In this document: positions 12,601 through 24,234 of the stretch, piece after piece
Layout: the number at the start of each line of letters is the position of its first letter
How positions within the stretch are numbered: the stretch's first letter is position 1
Assembly: GCA_964199315.1 (NCBI GenBank)
Contig: OZ116705.1
Location: 12,028,001 to 12,092,000, forward strand
DNA length: 64,000 nucleotides
DNA from: Orbicella franksi
Taxonomy: Eukaryota
Direction of reading: 5' to 3'
The notes under the pieces: generated by a model
What the model was told of the DNA's origin: nothing
The model's database searches: none
Seen by the model: the letters and a program-made list of their open reading frames with translations, nothing else
Made by a program: the position numbers and the translations under genes

Positions 12601-15534
12601 CTGACCAAAAACAAGAACGCGCTAGGGTGAGATTGTAACAGTCTTCAACACTTTTCAATCCCACTGGCTTCTTTGTGCTATTGAGTTGATTTGTATTCCC
12701 CTTTAAGCTTGTCTCTACAAAACTGTGTTGTAACTCAAAGGAAAATCAAAATCAACCTAATTTGATTTCTTGAAAAGAACAAAAACAATGAGTACAATTT
12801 TTAAATGCCCATCGTGCGATCAGTTCAGTGCTCTCTGAATTACTCACCAATACTTGAGATGTCTCTTAGCTGCTCATTATCAGAAAGCATGTTTGAACAC
12901 AGAGAATCCACTATAGTCTCCACATGGTGCTCCTTGACTTTGCTAACCAGAGGGCCAAGGCTAGAGGTGTCAAAGACACCAAGCCATTAATATCATAATT
13001 TCAACAACTGTGTTTTACATTTATAGAACCCACACAAATGCAAGAATGGGAAGGGCACAGGGAGAATGATGAACGGAAGGACGAAGAGATGGAAGGTTGG
13101 AAGGATGAAGGGATGGAGGGAGAGGAGGAAGAGAAGGAGGGATAGACAAAGTTAAGGGACAGATAGATAGAGGAAAGGGGAGGGAGGGGGACATTGAGAG
13201 GGGGAAGAAAGGCAGGAGCAGTAAAGGAAGAGAGACAAGTTAGGTGGGTAGGGATGGATTTCCACAGTATGACTTGAGAGAAGGAAAACATGAATCTGCC
13301 GAAACTGGATGGGCAAAGCAGGGGTTTCATTAAGGGCCAGGCACCGGGCACGGGGCAAATTGACCAGCTGAGACGAAATTTAAGAGCTACATGCTACAAG
13401 AGATTGCAACTTAAATTGACACATGTAATTACCATTTGACAGCGAGGTTCTGCACTTCACCATTCTTGTCCTCTAGTAATTTCAAAAGCATCTGAACAAC
13501 CTACACACAGACAAAACACTTGCTTGTAACATACTGTAGGTTGCATTCCTTTCAGATGACCTGGTTCACGATCAATGATCCAAGATCACTTGGATCATGG
13601 TGCATCAAAGGAATCGATGAATCCTTGTCAGGTGGATTCATTTGTTTCCTTTGATATAGGATCCTCCGAGTGATGTTGAATCCTTGGTGCTATTCAGATC
13701 CTTGATCCTAATCCTTGATCCTGATCCTTGATCCTAATCAGATCAAGGATTCGACAAGTTTTTGGGTTAAACTGTTTCAACCACAACCAGTTTGGGTTGA
13801 TACGTTGATGTTTCTCAATAGAACACTTTTCCAACCGTCTTTGGTTGAAATGCAGTAACTCCTAGGAACAGTCCTTATGCGAGCCTCAATCATGCGACAC
13901 AATCACACAAAGGCTTTTTCAACTGTTTCAACCTGGTTTGAGGGCAGTTGAAAAAGTTGATCTACCAAACCAACCAGAAACAGTTGATCCCAATAGAACA
14001 CGACCTAAGAGAGCAGAACAAGAATCAGCTACATGTAGTTATAAGTCACACCTAATCAACATGTTTCTTTTAAAAACTTGGTACAGCAGCGAGGGTTTTG
14101 TGCTTTTTCTTTAAAATATGGATGATTAATGTATGATGTACACTGATTTACATGTACCTCTCCACATGTATGTCACCAAGTAATACACCACTGAGTATTA
14201 ATAATTAAATTTTGTGACGTTCTTTCTACATGAAGCTATAACATATTATTAAAATCATTTGCAATTTCTAACTATACAATATGAATGAATGTGTACATGC
14301 ACTGTACATTATTACAAACATTGGCATACAGTGTAAGCAATCATCATTTATACCACTGTTATCACAGTGAGCAGTAATTTTAGTGTCACTTTCATTCTTT
14401 AGAGTGTTTTACCGTTCACAACATGAAATTAGATTCTGAACATAGGTAAGTGGAAGGAACGAAAAAGAAAAAAACAAATAACTATGATGAAGTTTTGTCT
14501 ATACTGCAGAGCAGACTGACCTTCCTTTCACTGTCATCATCCAGTTTTATGGAGTCTTTCTGTAGTTCAGCCATCAAGTCATTTGTTGCCATGAACCTGA
14601 AATCCTTATCACTTGATGTCATCTGGAAATTGTATAATTTAAGGACAAGTTTAATAACAGTACCTGGTAGCATACCACATGTTTGGACTGAATGTGGTAG
14701 TATAAGCGCTTGGGAGATTTGGACGGTGCAGCTTTCACTCACAAATGGTCTCACGCACTTCAGGTGTTGCTGCTTGTTACATGTATGTAGTTCAGGTTTA
14801 ATTTTAGTACATGCCCTAACAATACTGTTTGAATTTCCCAGGACAGGTTCTGGTACATGTAGCTCAAATACAATTCATTGTATCTGACAGGTTGAGTAAG
14901 ATAAATTACTGTACAAGTTTGTGCAGTGAATAAATTTCACCAGCAGGATACAAAAATAATCATTTTATAGCCCATTTTTACAAATTGTGCTACAGAAGGC
15001 CTCTAATTCATGTCCAGGTTCGATCAGGTCAGAGTTTAAAGACCCAACATTTTTGTACATGCACAGCAAAAAGAATCGGGTCATAATTCATCGATTTTTA
15101 AGCTTGCAACCCGCGCATTGAAAGGGAAATACTGGGACATTTTACACTAAATATCACGCAGCTTATCGTGAACTCTAAGCAGGTCTCGCTTTCACGTGTG
15201 CACCGTACCATGAATAATTCTTAAATTGACAGTTCCTCTTTTGCTTTACACAGTACAGACTTGACAAGAACACCACAGGTACAGATTCAACAAGCAGACC
15301 GAGAAAGATCTCGGCTTACGCAAAACTGAAAGCTAACACTAAGGTATAACGAGGTGCATGTAAGACTACATAAGAGCCTATTGATCGATCAAAAAAGCCA
15401 GCATTTACATTTTATAAGTTCTTACCTGCTCGTACACGTCCGCGAGCACAAGCCACAATGGCAGTAAAAAAGCAAAATTTAACATGTCTTACCTTATCCA
15501 GGAGAGAAGCTATGTGGTACGGCGAGGTCGACAT
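636..15534 (-). CDS. CAND1: Cullin-associated NEDD8-dissociated protein 1 (HEAT repeats); 5' part, 20 exons, ~635 codons, continues off the window start
   Basis: Phase-consistent GT-AG exons: 15534-15493, 14622-14521, 13500-13433, 12960-12848, 12252-12152, 11621-11555, 10817-10719, 10349-10223, 9834-9726, 9011-8955, 8078-7972, 7237-7192, 6693-6585, 5638-5524, 4928-4841, 4479-4382, 3297-3186, 2598-2505, 2042-1922, 767-636. Translation contains CAND1 hallmarks: [108 protein letters not shown]. Confidence 0.97.
3651..3935. mobile_element. Inverted-repeat (MITE-like) element in a CAND1 intron
   Basis: TCATAGTTAATGGAGGGGAAGGGTTATGAA at 3651 is the near reverse complement of TTCATAACCATTCCCCTCTATTAACTATGA ending at 3935. 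Confidence 0.6.
4060..4328. mobile_element. MITE (TAAGGCCCC/TCCACACTACGCCGGAG family)
   Basis: Highly similar to the copy at 30021-30333; palindromic organisation with GTGTGGAC end motif. Confidence 0.7.
6929..7002 (+). mobile_element. tRNA-derived SINE head
   Basis: A-box-like TGGCTAAGTGG and degenerate B-box GGTTTAAGTCC at tRNA spacing. Confidence 0.55.
13050..13260. repeat. Polypurine/polypyrimidine low-complexity tract (GGA/GGAA/GGAT)
   Basis: About 200 bp almost entirely A/G on the + strand, in CAND1 intron 3. Explains the S/P/F-rich ORFs 13001-13358. Confidence 0.8.
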
Positions 15535-15783
15535 AATGAAATCTCCGACTTTGTCGCCAAATGACAGTTCCGCTCAGCTCCGAAGTTGTGATTTTAGGAG
15601 GAATTTTCGTCCCCTTTCTCTCAATATACTCAGTACGCCTGCGTTCAAGCCCAAACCGCTGATGTATTGCCGACGATTCTCGACACTTTTACTTTGGCCA
15701 GAAAAGCCTGGGACGAACTTTACTTGCTCCTGGGACGGGGAAAGTCTGCGTGACATCAACCGGGGATATGTATTAGTATTTTT

Positions 15784-15992
15784 CCTGCATAGCAAGCGTT
15801 CCCGTACTTGGATTCTTTTCCGCATTTTGGTCGCGTGCAAATAGATTGGAGTGAGAGCAAAAAAAAAAAAGGGGGATCAGTAGGGAGCAGTGGGGATATT
15901 GTTTTGCTCTCGCTGATCGCTCCAATTTGCGCGCGGCCAGAATGCGGAAAAACTCTAGGTACGGGAACGCTACACCGGCGATAAGCAGGCTA
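15784..15992. mobile_element. MITE about 250 bp upstream of the CAND1 ATG
   Basis: Inverted arms AGCGTTCCCGTAC...TTTTCCGCATT (15795-15825) and AATGCGGAAAA...GTACGGGAACGCT (15941-15971). Confidence 0.65.
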
Positions 15993-16074
15993 GATTCATA
16001 TAATCTTTCGCCACATTCGCGCTTCCTCTCGCCTGAAACTGGGTTCTCGGAACAAACTCCAGACTTTGATGGGG

Positions 16075-16304
16075 CATTTTCGTCCTTAGCGGCCAGGCTC
16101 CTTTTGGTCAGTACCAAGAATCGCGACCTCTTGGCTGGTTCAACACCAGAAGCCCGCGATTCACGGACTTTCCGTCAAATCTGACAAGTCTGATTGCTGA
16201 GAATATGAAAAGAAACTCTGCACATGCTCAGAAAATCAGATCCGGACAGAAGTCGCGATTCTTAGTGCTGACCAAAAGGAACGCAGCCTCTGGGGAAAAG
16301 AATG
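16075..16304. mobile_element. MITE (CATT(C/T)TCGTCC...GAATG family)
   Basis: Inverted arms CTTTTGGTCAGTACCAAGAATCGCGAC and GTCGCGATTCTTAGTGCTGACCAAAAG. Confidence 0.7.
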
Positions 16305-17183
16305 TTGCTAGGGTTGCTGGGGGTACCGTAAACTTCGGAAAGTAACGACCCTCGCTACTTTCAGAGTCAGCAGCCTCCTTTGGGGCTCGTTACTTTAATT
16401 TTGTAGGGTCTTTACTTTCGGAGGGTCGTTTCTTGCGGGGAGCAAAAAACATGATATGTAAAGTTGGTGCGATTGAGCTCTTGTTACGAAGTAAAAGACG
16501 GAAATTCTTAAATACCAGTTTTTTAGAAATCCGTATTAAATTCTTCATTCCAGTTTAAATCTATGTTGCTGCCACATGGGTGAGCTCTTCATGTCTAGAT
16601 CGTGTTTCCAGTGGTCGGTAGAAAAGCTAGCCAGATACCGTAAACTGTTTGTACTTCATGACGTACTGCCATGTTAGTCTGCTTTCGCAATAACTCAGTG
16701 CGTTAGTGAGTTTTGAAATTAAATTCGAAGAAACGTTCCTTTTAATACTCCCCTAGCTGTTGAAAATGATACAGAGTTTTCAATTTAACGTTAGTACGTT
16801 CCTGTTCACTTTCACGGCGCAACATGAACTGATCAACACGAATTGACACTTTACAACGCTTCGTGGCGTAAGCGCTTCCTTTCCTTGTTGTACTTAATTT
16901 TCCCCTGACTATTGATTAGAAAAAAAATATACTGTCATTGAACTTTGGTCTCATTAATTTCGAGGGGCGGGGGACTGGGCTCGCTACTTTCGGCGGGAGA
17001 GGGAGGCTACTTTCGGGATTTATTAGCGGCCACTTCACTCGTTGAAGACTGTAGTTTAGGCAGTAAAAAGCTTGTGGTTTTTTTTCAATACCTTAAGCCA
17101 GACAACGTTTTTAAATATAAATAAAGCATTTGTTAAAAACGCATAATCTTACCTCACAAAGAATGTCTCGATCGAAACTTTTT

Positions 17184-17393
17184 AAAAAAAAACTTTACAA
17201 ATCCAGTTACGAGAGTTATCCGATCCTAGATCTGTCACCATCAAGACTAAGTACGGTTATATCCCGCGGCACTCCTACCCGCAGGCGGAATTTCCCTAGG
17301 GTCACACCCGGGCGTATACGTCCGTTGAGTGGGGCGAGGACTTTGATGGGGTCTCACCATCACCCACTACAAGTCGGCGGTTGGTTTGTTTTT
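17184..17393. ncRNA. Candidate small structured RNA of unknown family (strand unresolved)
   Basis: ~185-nt island of ~53% GC with hairpins. Minus strand: PSE-like 17440-17422, TATATAA 17404-17398, T9 at 17192-17184. Plus strand: PSE-like 17148-17166, weak TATA at 17181, T5 at 17389-17393. No match to snRNA, SRP, RNase P/MRP, Y, vault or tRNA-Sec sequences as I recall them. Confidence 0.4.
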
Positions 17394-17397
17394 CGCG

Positions 17398-17440
17398 TTA
17401 TATACATCCAAAAACTCAAAGATTTTGCTGTTTTGGGTAG
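17398..17440 (-). promoter_or_regulatory. PSE-like element plus TATA box (snRNA/type-3 Pol III-like spacing)
   Basis: CTACCCAAAACAGCAAAAT, 17-nt spacer, TATATAA, then 23 nt from TATATA to a CC|G putative +1 at 17375. Resembles human U6 promoter geometry as recalled. Confidence 0.4.
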
Positions 17441-17998
17441 CGGAAGTGGAGAGGAAGGAAGCAGGACCTTTCGAAGTGGAAAAAGCGGATTTAATACTTC
17501 TGCTTTGTCTATTCGTCTCAGTTTATTGTTGTTTATCTTTATTTTGGATGAGAATAGTCAGTTCATCTTAAATTGAGTGTCGAATTTAACCATTCAAATC
17601 TAAGAGAGGTGGGATTCTCGGGCTCAAATATGCTCATAGCTGAAATATATTACTTTACTCACTCACTACTTAGCCGTTTCCACTCTTGATTTTCGCATGG
17701 CCGAAAACATTTGCAAAATCCAATTCATCAAACCGACACTACCGCACTCTTATAAATTTATTCAAGAAAAAATGCAAAACCATAGAAAATGACTCGCCAA
17801 TTCTGCCTAAATTTCATTAAGGTCGTGATGTCACTGCTTGCAAGGTTCCCTGCACACCACTTATAAAGTTGTGTTCACATTACAAAAATAAAACACGCCA
17901 TGTTGAAGGATCCGTGAGTCTTGTGTGCGCCTCCTCTGCACGCGCCTGAAAGGGTAAGTAAAACAAGTTCTTAGTAAAGTGAGATACCACGACAACCT

Positions 17999-18113
17999 TA
18001 GCCTCTTCGAGGCGTTCAGTTAGTTGGAGCGCAGCGTGACAAACGGCGAGCGAAAAAGATAGGGGGGTTTCCGCTCGCCGTTTTTCGCGCGGCGCCCGGC
18101 CTGGAAGAGGCTA
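17999..18113. mobile_element. Short MITE (TAGCCTCTT...AAGAGGCTA)
   Basis: 9-bp TIRs; second copy at about 31187-31263. Confidence 0.65.
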
Positions 18114-18446
18114 TGATAAGCTTTGTAGGGCGGTTTTCAATTGAGTCTCGAAAGTAATTAGACCATTACTTTGGTTTTGGTTTTGGTTTTACTATGGTTT
18201 CAGATTGGCTGAGTAGTCTCACTGGTAAGTAATTGGTGTTTTTTTTTTTTCGTTTTACCACACCCAATTGTAAACCGCTCTATCGCTTAACATCTTATTT
18301 CTCCTCAGAATTTAATCTACTTCACATGTGCAGCTAGATCAAAGATAGACATAGTTCAATTCTCCCAACAGGTACTCTATATAATATTCGGAGACACGCG
18401 AGGAGAATATCGATTTCAATATCAGGCTTGTAACCAGTTTTCAGTT

Positions 18447-18526
18447 GGCTTGATAACTCAGTTGGTAGAGCACTGCACTGGTATCTCAGAGGTCATGGGT
18501 TCGAATCCCGTTCAAGCCCGATTTTT
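18447..18526 (+). mobile_element. tRNA-derived SINE head / tRNA-like pseudogene (GGT anticodon)
   Basis: Acceptor stem GGCTTGA/TCAAGCC, A box, B box GGTTCGAATCC, then T6. The anticodon stem is broken and GGT is not a normal eukaryotic anticodon. Confidence 0.7.
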
Positions 18527-18975
18527 TCCAGGCTATTTAGGTTGTGTGGAAGACTGGTCTTTCATATACTCACTTGCATTCTTGGTTATTACAGACTCAT
18601 AATGTAAACAGCTCCCAGTTGGCCTGGGGGCTATTGCTCATTTAGTATAAATTACTAGCGTTCTATCACGAATGCCGTTCTCCGATTGGCTACGCTACTC
18701 GCTATCTATTCTGTGATAGATAGTGATTAGCCTAGCAGTGTACCCTTGTTAACAAAATGACGGCCGCTCCTGGCGTTTTCAAAGTGTCTGTGACGAGGAT
18801 TTAAATAAAGTTTTGAATGACTTGTAGATTTATACTAAAACAATTAGATTATTCGCTCTCGACTCACGCGATAGAAATCTCGAGCTCATAATCTAATTGT
18901 TTATTAGTATAAATCTTCTAGCGTTCTATCACGAATGCCGTTCTCTGATTGGCTACGCTACTCACTATCTATCTA

Positions 18976-19162
18976 ATAAATAGATTCCATGTTGCCGTGC
19001 GTCTGTTCAGTAATACATCACAGATGACGTCAAAATGTGGTAAGAACAAAAAGGTGGCACACGAGGCGATAGCCGAGTGTGTCACTGATGTTCTTACCAC
19101 ATTTTGACGTCTTCTGGGATCTATTACCGAACAGACGCACGGCAACATGAAATCTATTTGTT
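18976..19162. mobile_element. Palindromic MITE (GTTCTTACCACATTTTGACGTC family)
   Basis: Near-perfect ~190-bp palindrome; degenerate second copy at about 59140-59340. Confidence 0.75.
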
Positions 19163-20581
19163 TTATATAATAACAAAACAAACTGCTACAGATAAAGCTT
19201 TTTTTATTTCAAAATCTTTCAGCATAACTCGAAAGCCGGCCTTTGCCCACTTTGGCGAACACGAAAAAAGCCACTTGACGTAATCTATTGTCTATACAAA
19301 TTGAAGCAATCTCATTGGTTGCTATGCGTAGCAAAGAAGTTTGATTGGTCCAGGAAAATCACGCCACTGTCAAACTTGACTTGAACGTCGCTTCTCAAAG
19401 AGTCCTCATGATATCAAAATGCTGGAAACGAAATAATCTGAAAGATATTTAAAAAGCAATTGTATGAAATATTAAAGATATAAAAGATGATCCCAAATGA
19501 AAATAAAAAGTATCCCAATACATGTTAGAACAAGTTATTTAGATGAATTTTGAGTCATTCTGCCTTTCTTTTTGTGCGTTCGGAGTAAGTTGGCAACTTA
19601 AGTAGTTCGGCATCGACCTTTTCGCGAGACTGATAGTAAAATTCGCTGTCAGAATGTTCAATCTCATCTCTCATTTTGAAAAAAATCAAAATTTTGCTGA
19701 AACAAATCTCTTTCTGTCATTAATTTTAACCCGCATCGATTTTGCGGGAATTTATGTTTCACTTGTGGGGCTTTACGCGTTGTCCCGGCCCTATCATGTC
19801 GACGGGTGCGGCCTTCATGCGGGACCATTTTACTAATGGTTTTCTTAGTAAATAGCGCGCGGGGCTGTACGGGTCATATGATAAAATCCTGTACCTTGAA
19901 TTCCAAACTGTTTGAATTTTTAATATGTCTGAACAATTGTCGAATGTTGTTGTGCCTTTGGAGAAAACCAATCAGCTTTGAGCTGCTGATGAATAAACCA
20001 CAACTAGGAATGGTTAGCACGATGGAGCACGGATCCAGCGGTCTGGGTTCCAGCCGGATCATGGTGACTCAAGCAAGGTAAACCAGGCCTGACGGTTTAT
20101 TTGCCAATTTTCTAAATGGTATATCGGTACAATAAACTAGTTTATTGAAAATCGGCCGGTTCAAATGGCTTGGTACATGTACAGAATCATTTTGTCAAAT
20201 TTCTTGAAGCCTAAAAGTAAACTTCGTTGATGCCTGTTGTCAGGTCTCAGAGATTTGAGACATGCTGGTTAGTTACTCTACCATGACATACTTTATTTGT
20301 AAATCATTCCACTTGAGAAAGTTTCAAGTCTAGTCAAACAGAGGCGGACCTAAATATTGCATCTGAGCTATAACAAAAGCACCATCTTCAATTAGAGTTG
20401 TATATTGTCTTAACGTAGAATTGACCATGCAAAATTTACCTGAGATCTTTAAAGAACCAGCGTAAAAGGCTGCTTTGAAACATAAGGAACAAAGAGAAAA
20501 CTCGGCTTTGCTTTTCCGACTCGGGACTGACAGTACTTATCGAGATCTTGACTGAATGCGAACCCGTCGCGTGCAAGTTAA

Positions 20582-20734
20582 TAGGCTGATTTAGCAAGAG
20601 AACGTGAACGTCACTTGACGATGGCGCGCGTAGTACAAATACCCAAATATGGTCAAATTAGAACAGAATCCAGGTTATTCCGCGCGCCCTGCAGTCGTCA
20701 TCTGACGTTCCCGTCCTGTTGCTAAATCAGCCTA
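20582..20734. mobile_element. MITE
   Basis: 15-bp TIR TAGGCTGATTTAGCA / TGCTAAATCAGCCTA. Confidence 0.75.
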
Positions 20735-23700
20735 ATTAAGCCACTAGAACTTAAGAAATAAATAACAGACGCCAGGTAATCCTCTCCCTTTGACTTAGGG
20801 ATTACATTGTAAACTAAAACCAAATAAAGCCAGTCTAACTGCAATATATTGTCTTATCTGTCTGTATTTTGCTCTGCAGCCTTGTATATGCCAGTAAGAG
20901 GTATAAACAGTTTGGTTTCCTCCGCTGTAAGAGCTGACTTTCTGACTTTCAGTGTAATTCATTACACTGATTAATTAAAAAAAAGAGAAGAGAGACTTCT
21001 TATTTAGAAAAAAAAAAATTGCTTTCCGACAGTTCCCTCTATTCATGATTAGTTGTTTTTACTATTATCAAAGAGGTTTTTAAATTTCATCCATATTTAC
21101 AAGTAAGTTTTGCTCAGACATGGACATGTTCCGCACAAATTAAGAAGTTTCCCGCGCAGTTTAATTTATTCATGAGCCACATTTGACTATCGGCCTTTTA
21201 TATTGAAATATACATTCAAATATATAACATTATAATTGAGAAGTTTCTTAGGACAACATATACTCTTTTATTTCCTTTCACTGTTTGCCAGTATTTCAAT
21301 TTTAATTTTTTTAAGAGAATCTTATAATACTATTAATGAAAATTTTTAGGTAGAGTTAATAGAGTCCCCAATTAGCCCACATGGGCTAAATACATTGACA
21401 CTTAAATAAAGTTCTTACTTACTTACCTGCTTTATACAATAGATTGACGACAGCCAATCAGGATTGGGTTTGAGCAATATTGTCTCAAACAATCATTGTC
21501 TTCTTCGCGCGCTTCGACGTAATTTATTTCGTAATAAATTAACTAAGACCGCGCGCGCCAACTTATTATGCTTTGTGACCTCATCTTGTTCTGGATGCCC
21601 ACTTTATGTAAAAGAAGCCCTTGAAAAAAGGCACCTAGCATGCGTTCTCTTCTGCTCAAGGCACTAACCATGAGGTCACCGCGTCAACCTCCTCAGAAGA
21701 TTTAGTAAAATAGTCATTCCGCTATATATTCATCAGGGATTTCACTGGTTCGTTAGGAGCGCTGAATTCACCACTCAAAGTTCTTAAAGTAAATTTGTAT
21801 GCAGCTTTCAAGCCACGATTTCACCCAACAGCATGACCGTACAGAGTTTTGATCTCTTTATACATTTACGTAAAAAAAATATTGAAGGCGACCAATTTGA
21901 ATTAATTACTTGAATCATTGAAAACATGCGACTTTCCCGCCATGAATTTAGCGATATTATTTTGGCTATTAGATAGCGATTTTCAGAAGTCCACCTACCC
22001 GGTTAGATGCTTTTCAAGTCATTTTTCAAATTTACATCGCTTAGAGCGCTTAAAGTCTATTAAAGTGAGCTCGCTGGTTCGCATTTAGGTCTTCGACTCG
22101 CTTGCTGTGTTTACGTGAGATGATTTCTGATCGAAAAGGGGCGAAATCGTAAAAGTCAAAACATGACCAACCTTTTTGCTTTTGGAATATTAACCCCTCA
22201 CTGATTGAAGCTTTTAGCTGTAGGCGCATATTGGAAAGCAATGAGCACGTAGAAGAACTAACCTTAACAAGTTTAAAGTCTCCGAGATCTTGCCTGAACT
22301 GCACGCGCAAGTGAATGAAACGTCTGGAGGTTTTTTGAGCACTATTATAATGGAACTCTTGGTAGAAATAATCCCTCTCCAAAGACTTAAAATAATTGAA
22401 GAGACTGCGGGTGAAAACCATTTTAAACTAATTAGTCCATTAATCGTATCTATAACGAAATTCTCGATCGTGATTGGTTCTCCGTGCGCCTATTTGCCAC
22501 GTAATCGGCGCGCGATCACGTGGGTGTCCAATTACAGGTATCCAATTTGAACTTTTTGTATTTGGACACCTGTAATTGGATACCCACGTGATTCGCACTT
22601 CAATTGCGCGCGCTTTAGTTGCTTTCTCTGCACTACTTCCTACAGTTTTCAAAGCTTATGAAACGCGCTACATATGTTTTCGCTCAAAGGAGTTCTCAAA
22701 AGAAATTTTCAATTCCGAAATTAGTTCTAAATACGATTAATTAGTACTTGGAGCTCGTGTCGTACAATTCAGGGAGTAATCGCGCTCGTAATTTCAAAGC
22801 GTCCTCGCGTTTCGCACTCGTCCGATTTTGAAATTACTCGCGCGATTACTCCCTGAATTGCACTCCACTCGGTCCAATTACTATTACAAATTAAAATTAT
22901 AAACTAAATGGAAGTTTTGTCACGGTCTGGTTCTCCATTTCATCAAGTGGTGATGCCTTTTATCAGTTTGCTGGTTATTCTGCCTCTATTCAGTAAAACA
23001 CGCAAGAACAACTTATTGCATTGAAGCTATAATGCACTAAAAAAACGTTTTTCATATATATGCAATATACGTTGATAATTCCAGTTGATTAATTGACTAG
23101 ACCATATATTTAATAGAGGGAATGGTTATGAATCCTGGCGAAGTTCTTTGTTGTGTGTGTTTGTATACAATAATGAAGACGATATTGATAAAAATAAGCT
23201 GTTCCAGGCACTCGGCTGGTAGCCACCTCTTTTATGATGTTCGAAACTTTACATGGGTTGACCCCTGAATACCTAAAGTCTCGACTCGTGTCTCGAAATA
23301 ATATTTCTTCGTATTTACTGAGGAATTCTGATAATTACTATGCATTGAACTCACTATCTCTTTTCTGATATGCCGAAAGCGTTCAGTGAATTTTCGAACT
23401 CAGCGCCTGTGACGTCATCTAGCTGCAGATTATACAATAATCATGTCAAGGACACTCAAGGTCACGGGTAATCATGTCATATATGACCGCGGTGCATGAT
23501 TTCTAACGGTAACATTATGTCAAGTTCGCGTGCTTTTTCTTGCTTGCCGTCAGTGAAGAAGCAAAAACATGACTTCCATTGTTTTTTTGTCATTCAGTGT
23601 GTAATAAAACAATTATTAGATTCGGTTCTTGTGATATCCAGAATAATCAAGGTTCGGCTTTGCTGATAACCCCTACCTCGACCTTGATTATCCTGGATAT

Positions 23701-24125
23701 CACAAAAACCTTATCCGATAATTGTTCTTCCACAGCCCCCACCAATTATTTAAAGAAACGTTTTTTTTTCCAGCAGGGGCGCTATCTTGCGGATCAGCCT
23801 TCCTCATGAACTCCGATCTACAGTTTCTTTCAGCGAATTTAAAGGTTAACTGCGTCATTACAGCTTTGAATGAGACACGGCATCCTTGAAAAGGTTATTA
23901 TTCTTATAATTCTATATTAATTATTACTTAATTTAGTTAGGCAGACCTAGATATTATACTTTTAAATATGCTGAAGGAAGTTTTACCGTGTATAAATAAA
24001 GTTATCAACTCAACTCAACTCAACTTCAAGGTGGTTATGCGTGCTCATACAACTAACCAATAGAACTAAACCGATTATGTAATTCATCGACTTCAGTTCA
24101 GTTCTTCTAAAAGGCAATAGCTGCG

Positions 24126-24234
24126 TCAGGCCAGTGGTCCATTCAGCCAAGACTTATCCCGCTTTCTGTAGCATGATCCCACTAGGAGTATTTCTACTCC
24201 TCCCTGGATGGGATGCTAGTCCATCGCAAGGTTA
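24126..24234 (-). mobile_element. SINE body fragment
   Basis: CTTATCCCGCTTTCTGTAGCATGA...CTAGGAGTATTTCTACTCC...GGATGGGATGCTAGTCCATCGCA, recognised as the 3' body of a common cnidarian tRNA-SINE. Confidence 0.6.

Noticed and set aside
15458-16184. ORFs of 85-128 aa upstream of CAND1
   Set aside because: They overlap CAND1 exon 1 antisense, the promoter and two MITEs; no recognisable protein.
17184-17393. Telomerase RNA, RNase P/MRP, SRP or Y RNA identity for the GC-rich island
   Set aside because: No CUAACCCUAA-type template (only UGACCCUA). The CR-I-like GGAAAUUCCG lacks room for a specificity domain and a proper P4 partner. No SRP helix-8 motif and no Ro-binding stem.
18447-18518. Functional tRNA-Thr(GGT)
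   Set aside because: Mismatched anticodon and D stems, non-eukaryotic anticodon, and the sequence matches a common tRNA-SINE head.
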